This document shows positions 57,990-64,000 of a stretch of DNA of 64,000 nt, one piece after another. Position numbers and translations under genes: made by a program. The stretch's first letter is position 1, and each line of letters opens with the position of its first letter. The stretch covers positions 517,142,001 to 517,206,000 of the forward strand of contig NC_091282.1 in NCBI RefSeq assembly GCF_032444005.1. Direction: 5' to 3'. The notes under the pieces were generated by a model. The model made no database searches. It was given only the letters and a program-made list of their open reading frames with translations, and was not told the origin of the DNA. The stretch is from Ranitomeya imitator. Taxonomy: Eukaryota.

Positions 57990-59249
57990 TTAAGCAAAGT
58001 ATTTGTAACTACTTACATGATTTTTATGAATACTGGATACAAACAAAAAGAGATGTGTAAAAATGACATATGTGAATCTAGCCTTATCAACACAAATAAC
58101 TTGGAAGGTCAATAATTTAAATGTGGATTACCACATGGGAGTGATTCAGAAATGCTCCAGGTACAGTCTGCATTTAATGTGGTCTTGCTTTTAATTTATT
58201 TAGGAGGCCTTTATGGCACAGCGAATATAAAAAACGTAGTGTAGGACTGCCCCATTATGAGAATGCCGTGACATGGCGGGGTAGCTCATAGAATTGATCA
58301 ATTGTTTGCTAAATGTCTCATTTTAAATACAGTTAGAAATCAATATGCGCATTTGCACTTTATGTACTGCGTTCTGACCATAGGCAGCGCTGGCTTCTCC
58401 CTTTTTCTTGAAACAAAAAGAGATGTGTAAAAACGACATATGTGAATCTAACCTTATCAACACAAATAACTTGGAAGGTCAATAATTTAAATGTGGATTA
58501 CTTCAGAAAGCAGATCCTGAAACTTTGTTGTATCTTTACATTGGTTCTACGTTTCCAGCTAGTATTTTGAGGGATCACAACTAAAGGGACCCCAGAGTTA
58601 TTATAAAGTACATTCATAGTCCAGTGTTTCATACTTCATTTATTCCTATTTCCTATTCCAAATGGGGACATCATTGAAGTCACTATACTAAACTACCATA
58701 TAATTTTGCAAAAAAATCTTCTAAAATTCATTTTCTGCCGGCAGAAACGTAATGGCCTTAGTTGAGTCATATTCTTGCTCGCATTCTCCTATGACAGGCT
58801 GAATTCATATAAATGCATTGTAGAGAAGAATATTGGTCGGCATAGAGTAGAATACCGACCTCAAAATTGCTTCTTGAGTGGGTGGTATGTTATTTCAGAA
58901 GAGAGAATTATTGGAATCAGTCAACAACTAAACATAATATAGTATTGAAGTAATTACTTAAATTCACACATATTCTTAGGTACCATTGATTGCCTGAGGG
59001 ATTATGTGCTCAAAATAAGTGTCCCTTTTAAATCTCCAATTAAATAAGAGGCCCCTATTTTATCTGCATATGCCTTTCATTATTATATATAGCTCCCAAT
59101 AGATCTGAACTTAGGAACATCCTCTACGTTTTGCCACTCCGCCATTATGCTGGGTGCATGAGTGCTAAAATGTGAGAGGCAAAGACATCTGTGGTCTAGA
59201 TAAAGGTAAAATTACAGTATCAAAGGGATTATCTTATAATCACAACTTA

Positions 59250-59631
59250 GGCCTCTTTCACACTTGCGTTGTTTGGCCTCCGTCGCAATGCGTCGTTCTG
59301 TGCAAAAAACGCATCCTGCAAAGTTGCCCGCAGGATGCGTTTTTTGCCCATAGACTTGTATTGCCGACAGATCGCGATGTATCACCATACGTCATGTCCG
59401 TCGTGCACTGGATGCGTCGTGTTTTAGCGGACCGCCCTATCGAAAAACACGTTCAAGGGGACGTTTTTTCGTACGTCGGATCCTGCATTTCCTACCGGCA
59501 TGCGCATCTGCCCCCTCCTCCCTGGGACTTTACAATGGGCAGCGGATGCGTTGAAAAACTGCATTCGCTGCCCACATTGTGCCGAATTTTCACAACGTCC
59601 ATTCCGTACCGACGGAAGTGTGAAAGAAGCC
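59250..59631. mobile_element. Harbinger-like MITE
   Basis: TTA TSD with GGCCTCTTTCACACTT / AAGTGTGAAAGAAGCC termini. Confidence 0.82.
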
Positions 59632-60015
59632 TTAGCAACATAATAACAACTTATCATCATGATCATTTATTAATTGGGGGTCCTACTGTTGACACCCTTA
59701 CCGATACTGAGAATAGAGCTCCAGATTCAGACAGTAGATGTGGAAGCCACATTCTCATGATTTCTACAGGTCCAAACATTACGGCGAGATGATAAGTTGC
59801 AGTTATGGGACAACCCTAGAGAATCATGCAGTATACAGGATTTTGGTCTTAATCTTTTGAGATTCAGATTGTATAGAAAAAAATCTAAAAAAAAAACAAT
59901 AGAAACCTGTTCTAATATATACAGGAACACTAGAAGAAGTGTCCCATCATTGGACCTAAACCTTTATGGAGGGATATGATAAGATATAAACCTTCAAGAC
60001 CCAAGAAAATATTTC

Positions 60016-60360
60016 CTTTGTGTTTGTTGGTCAGGCTTTGTGTTTGTTGGTCAGGCTTTGTGTTTGTTGGTCAGGCTTTGTGTTTGTTGGTCAGGCTTTG
60101 TGTTTGTTGGTCAGGCTTTGTGTTTGTTGGTCAGGCTTTGTGTTTGTTGGTCAGGCTTTGTGTTTGTTGGTCAAGCTTTGTGTTTGTTGGTCAGGCTTTG
60201 TGTTTGTTGGTCAGGCTTTGTGTTTGTTGGTCAGGCTTTGTGTTTGTTGGTCAGGCTTTGTGTTTGTTGGTCAGGCTTTGTGTTTGTTGGTCAAGCTTTG
60301 TGTTTGTTGGTCAGGCTTTGTGTTTGTTGGTCAGGCTTTGTGTTTGTTGGTCAGGCTTTG
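60016..60360. repeat. 20-bp minisatellite, 17 units + 5 bp
   Basis: Unit CTTTGTGTTTGTTGGTCAGG, with only two variant units (TCAAG at 60171 and 60291). Confidence 0.97.
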
Positions 60361-62303
60361 TACACCCTGGTATATTGGCTTCTGTTTGTAAAGGATTCAT
60401 AACGATATCATGAATCAGTTTTGCTACTGATCGTAGATCATTTTAACTGATCTAAATGACTTATAGCTTTCAGTCAGCCAAATGTTTCTTCTGACAACTA
60501 CAACAAACTGAGCGTGATGGAATTAAGACTTGTCTAATGCAGAAACAAGGTTTATATGTGTGAAAATCTAACACACCCACTACCTCTTCCCCATAACATC
60601 AGTCAGGAGACCACCAAACATGAGATCAGCTGCTAGCTTTCCCATTTCATTTCCTTCATTAGACCTGTTGTTTATTTCTGAAGTTAGTATTAGGCCGTGA
60701 TTACGCAGTGGGGATAAGTGGCAGTTTTATCATGTTTGCCTGGAAAAGTGGAGTTATGTAGCAATAGTGTTGTTTTACACACAAGACTGGTCACGTACAT
60801 TGAGAAATGGCAATGAAGCCTCTGCAACAGTTATTGTGGTTGGACAGAGCAAATGTTAATAAATATGGACTTTTAGACCATATTTTCCAATGTTTTGTGT
60901 GCCAGGAAGATGGGTATAATTCGGCCATGTGTTGTATAGAGGAACATTCATGGTGGTATTCTCAATTCTCACTAATTAGCCTTAAAGGGGTATTCCAATC
61001 TCCAAAATTCCATCCCAATATGTTGTAGGTATAATAATATTAGCAATTATGTCCAATTAGAAATGAAGTATAGTTCTTCTGATTCGCTATGTCGGTTACC
61101 CCATGTGCAGGGCATTACAGTAGCTTAGGTATCCATGGTTACAACCACTCATGTAGTGATAGTTGTTACTGGTTGTAACCATGGATACCTAAGATACTGC
61201 AATGCCCTGCTCATGGGGTAAGCGACATAGCTTATCAGAAGGACTATACTACATTTCTAATTGGAAGTATTTGCTATTATGATTATTATTGCGCCAACTA
61301 TATTTTAGCATAGGATCTTGGATATGAGAATACCCCTTTTAACTCTTTCCTTTTTGGTGCATCAGGTCCTCTTTAGGGTGTTAGACATTGGAACTGGCTT
61401 GTATTGTGCACAGTTAGCATGCACTGGCCTACAGACTTTCATTTGGTGTCAGACTTGCTATCTTCTGTCATTCATACCGCTCTCTTTTAAGTTACCTTAT
61501 CTGTGACCTGGCTGACATATAAAATATAATCTGATGCCGTCTTACAATGGGCACCAGCTCTGAATTCCACTGAGAGCAATGCTATACAATGAAAGTGAAT
61601 GCATGAAAAGCACCAATACCTGTGTGCCGGAAGAAGAGGCCTCCTTTGTCATCACTGACAACACAATACAACGTCAGGACTGCATTGTAGGCTAGATCCT
61701 TGGTCAGAGTACTGTGGCTGGGTGGCTGGGATATAGTCTAATGTGTGACATTGTTCTTTTTTACTAGTCTCAGCCCAGAACTGTTGCTTGCCTTAGTGGT
61801 AGATTACAAAAAGAGCAATCACATGGAGCTGCCATAGCATCTTTCATCCCGCTCCTCTTCCTATATATAAGGGGATTTTTTTTCCAGGTCTCATTTTTAT
61901 CGGTAACACATAGGGCTTTCGTCAGTTTGATGACTGTCAGAAGTCCAAGACAAACAAATGCTAATGAGTGTACTAATTCTGCATGCACCCCTGGGGATGT
62001 GGTGAAAACATAGTGAACATGGGGTTATGTAACACGCCATCTGCCATCATATTAAACAATCACCTTCTCCCCTGGCACTTCCTTCTGATTTATAGCTTAA
62101 AAATGACCCCACGTCCCAAGAGGAGACCCTGAATAGTTCACTTGCTACAAATCTATTTAGAAGACAAATTTAAGAGCTTCACTTTTAGGCAATTTCGGGT
62201 TTGATACTGTAGAAAGAGCGGAATGATGCAGGTCAGGTAATTATCTGACTAATCTTACTAAATCTGAGGGTAGTTGAAATGGTATACTACATATGGGTAA
62301 TCA

Positions 62304-64000
62304 CAGAGGCGTAGCTAGAGCTTTTGCCGCCCGGGGCTGTTCCCGAGTTTGGCGCACCCCCCAGCCCCCCCCCCCCCCCCCCCCCCGGCTCAATACACAC
62401 AAAGGTTACCAAAAATGGTTTTCCTATTTTGTAGAACTTAAACTGGGCCTAATGGTGTCACCCCCACATGCCACACCTGTGACTTAATACCACCACACCA
62501 TGACCAGGCCACATAGTGACCGAATAATACTACATACAAGGGACAAATACCACAACACCATTTCCAGACCACATATTACCACCACATAGTGACTGAATAC
62601 TACAATACTGATCAGTAATAAAAAAAAACCCACAATACTATCACCATAAGTGCCAGTATTCACAGGAGATCTGTACTTAGAATGCAGTGTCTGTGTAGAG
62701 GTAATACAGAGATCACTGGTGACATTGTACACAGGACCTCTGTATATAGTATACAGTGTATAGTGTCAGTGTATAGGTAACACTGACTCACCAGTGACGT
62801 CTCTAGGTGAAGTCCTTCATCTTTCATCCAGCACAGACCGCCATCATTCCTTCCAGCCAGGACTCGTTTCTGCAGGAAATAACACAGTTATCTCGAGCTC
62901 CGCTTGCAGAACACATTACTTAATTTTTCACAACTTCTACATTACATCACATGAAGAAAAAAAGGTGATATAGTGTCACTCTGCACAGTAACAGGACCGC
63001 CCCCCCATTTAAAACAGTATACTCAAAAAATAAAATAAATACATCACTGCAGTAATAATATCCCTTAATTATTACCTATGGTAACACTATTACCCACCCT
63101 GGCCCCGTTTATCTCATTCCTGGCTCCAGCCATATGTTCTCGCATCCTGCCCTCATGAGTATCCATTCTACCCCATATGATCTCCCCATCCTGCCCCACC
63201 AGCCTCCATCGTATCCATCCTGCCCCATGATCCAATCCTGCCCCGTGTCTCCAATCATGCCCCGTGTCTACATTCTGCCCATGCCTCAAGTCCTGCCCCC
63301 AGTGTGTCCAGCATATTACCCCCATGTTGTCCAGCAATCTGCCACAGTGTGTCCAGCATATTACCCCCATGTTGTCCAGCAATCTGCCCCAGTGTGTCCA
63401 GCATATTACCCCCAGTGTGTCCAGCAATCTGCCCCAGTATGTCCAGCACTGCCCCCAGTGTGTCCAGCAATCTGCCCCAGTGTCCAGCCTTTCCCCAGTG
63501 TGTCCAGCAGTCTGCCCCAGTGTGTCCAGCATATTACCCCCAGTGTCCAGCATTGCCCCAGTATGTCCAGCATATTACCCCCAGTGTGTCCAGCAATCTG
63601 CCCCAGTTTCCAGCATTGCCTCAATGTGTCCAGAAATCTGCCCCATGGTCTCCAGTATTCAGTGTGTCCAGCATTCTGCCCCATGGTCTCCAGTATTGCC
63701 CCAGTGTGTCCAGCATTCTGCCCCATGGTCTCCAGTATTGCCCCAGTGTGTCTAGCAATCTGCCCCATGGTCTCCAGTATTGCCCCAGTGTGTCCAGCAT
63801 TCTGCCCCAGGGTCTCCAGTATTGCCCCAGTGTGTCCAGCATTCTGCCCCATGGTCTCCAGTATTGCCCCAGTGTGTCCAGCAATCTGCCCCATGCTCTC
63901 CAGTATTGCCCCAGTGTGTCCAGCAATCTGCCCCATAGTCTCCTGTATTGCCCCAGTGTGTCCAGCATTCTGCCCCATGGTCTCCAGTATTGCCCCAGTG
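62304..64000. mobile_element. hAT-like non-autonomous element running off the window, with internal 20-23-bp and 42-bp minisatellite (63270-64000)
   Basis: Terminus CAGAGGCGTAGCTAG and repeats CCCCAGTGTGTCCAGCAATCTG / CCCCATGGTCTCCAGTATTG. Right end not visible. Confidence 0.6.

Noticed and set aside
59976-60413. Hydrophobic repetitive ORFs resembling membrane proteins
   Set aside because: Translation of the 20-bp minisatellite.
63065-63978. Repetitive ORFs (LDTLGQ / PQCVQH)
   Set aside because: Translation of the minisatellite inside the hAT-like element.
57772-64000. IGFBPL1 exon 2 (Ig domain, APV..PP...N.TG..V.LSCEV)
   Set aside because: No matching coding sequence found by eye, so it presumably lies beyond the window.

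Overview
Vertebrate genomic DNA, inferred from its repeat families to be a frog, with three host genes in dense transposon sequence. TRMT10B lies on + (8 coding exons 19758-36270, 318 aa, plus a probable non-coding first exon). EXOSC3 lies on - (4 exons 45506-40063, 246 aa), tail-to-tail with TRMT10B. Exon 1 of IGFBPL1 lies on + (57333-57771, signal peptide + IB + Kazal), head-to-head with EXOSC3. Repeats include Tc1/mariner elements (one young, nearly intact DD34E copy just behind the TRMT10B stop), piggyBac-like, hAT-like, Harbinger-like and T2/Kolobok-like non-autonomous elements, head-to-tail Helitrons, Ty3/gypsy remnants, a solo LTR and several minisatellites. The best leads are: (1) a pol-less LTR element whose decayed internal ORF encodes a CspA-like cold-shock domain; (2) extra tRNA-Ser-complementary boxes shared by two diverged LTRs; (3) ~300-bp retrozyme-like repeats and other hammerhead ribozyme remnants; (4) a ~40-copy E-box minisatellite in EXOSC3 intron 1; (5) gene order consistent with an inversion relative to human 9p13. 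Gene and element names rest on remembered homolog sequences, not on database searches.
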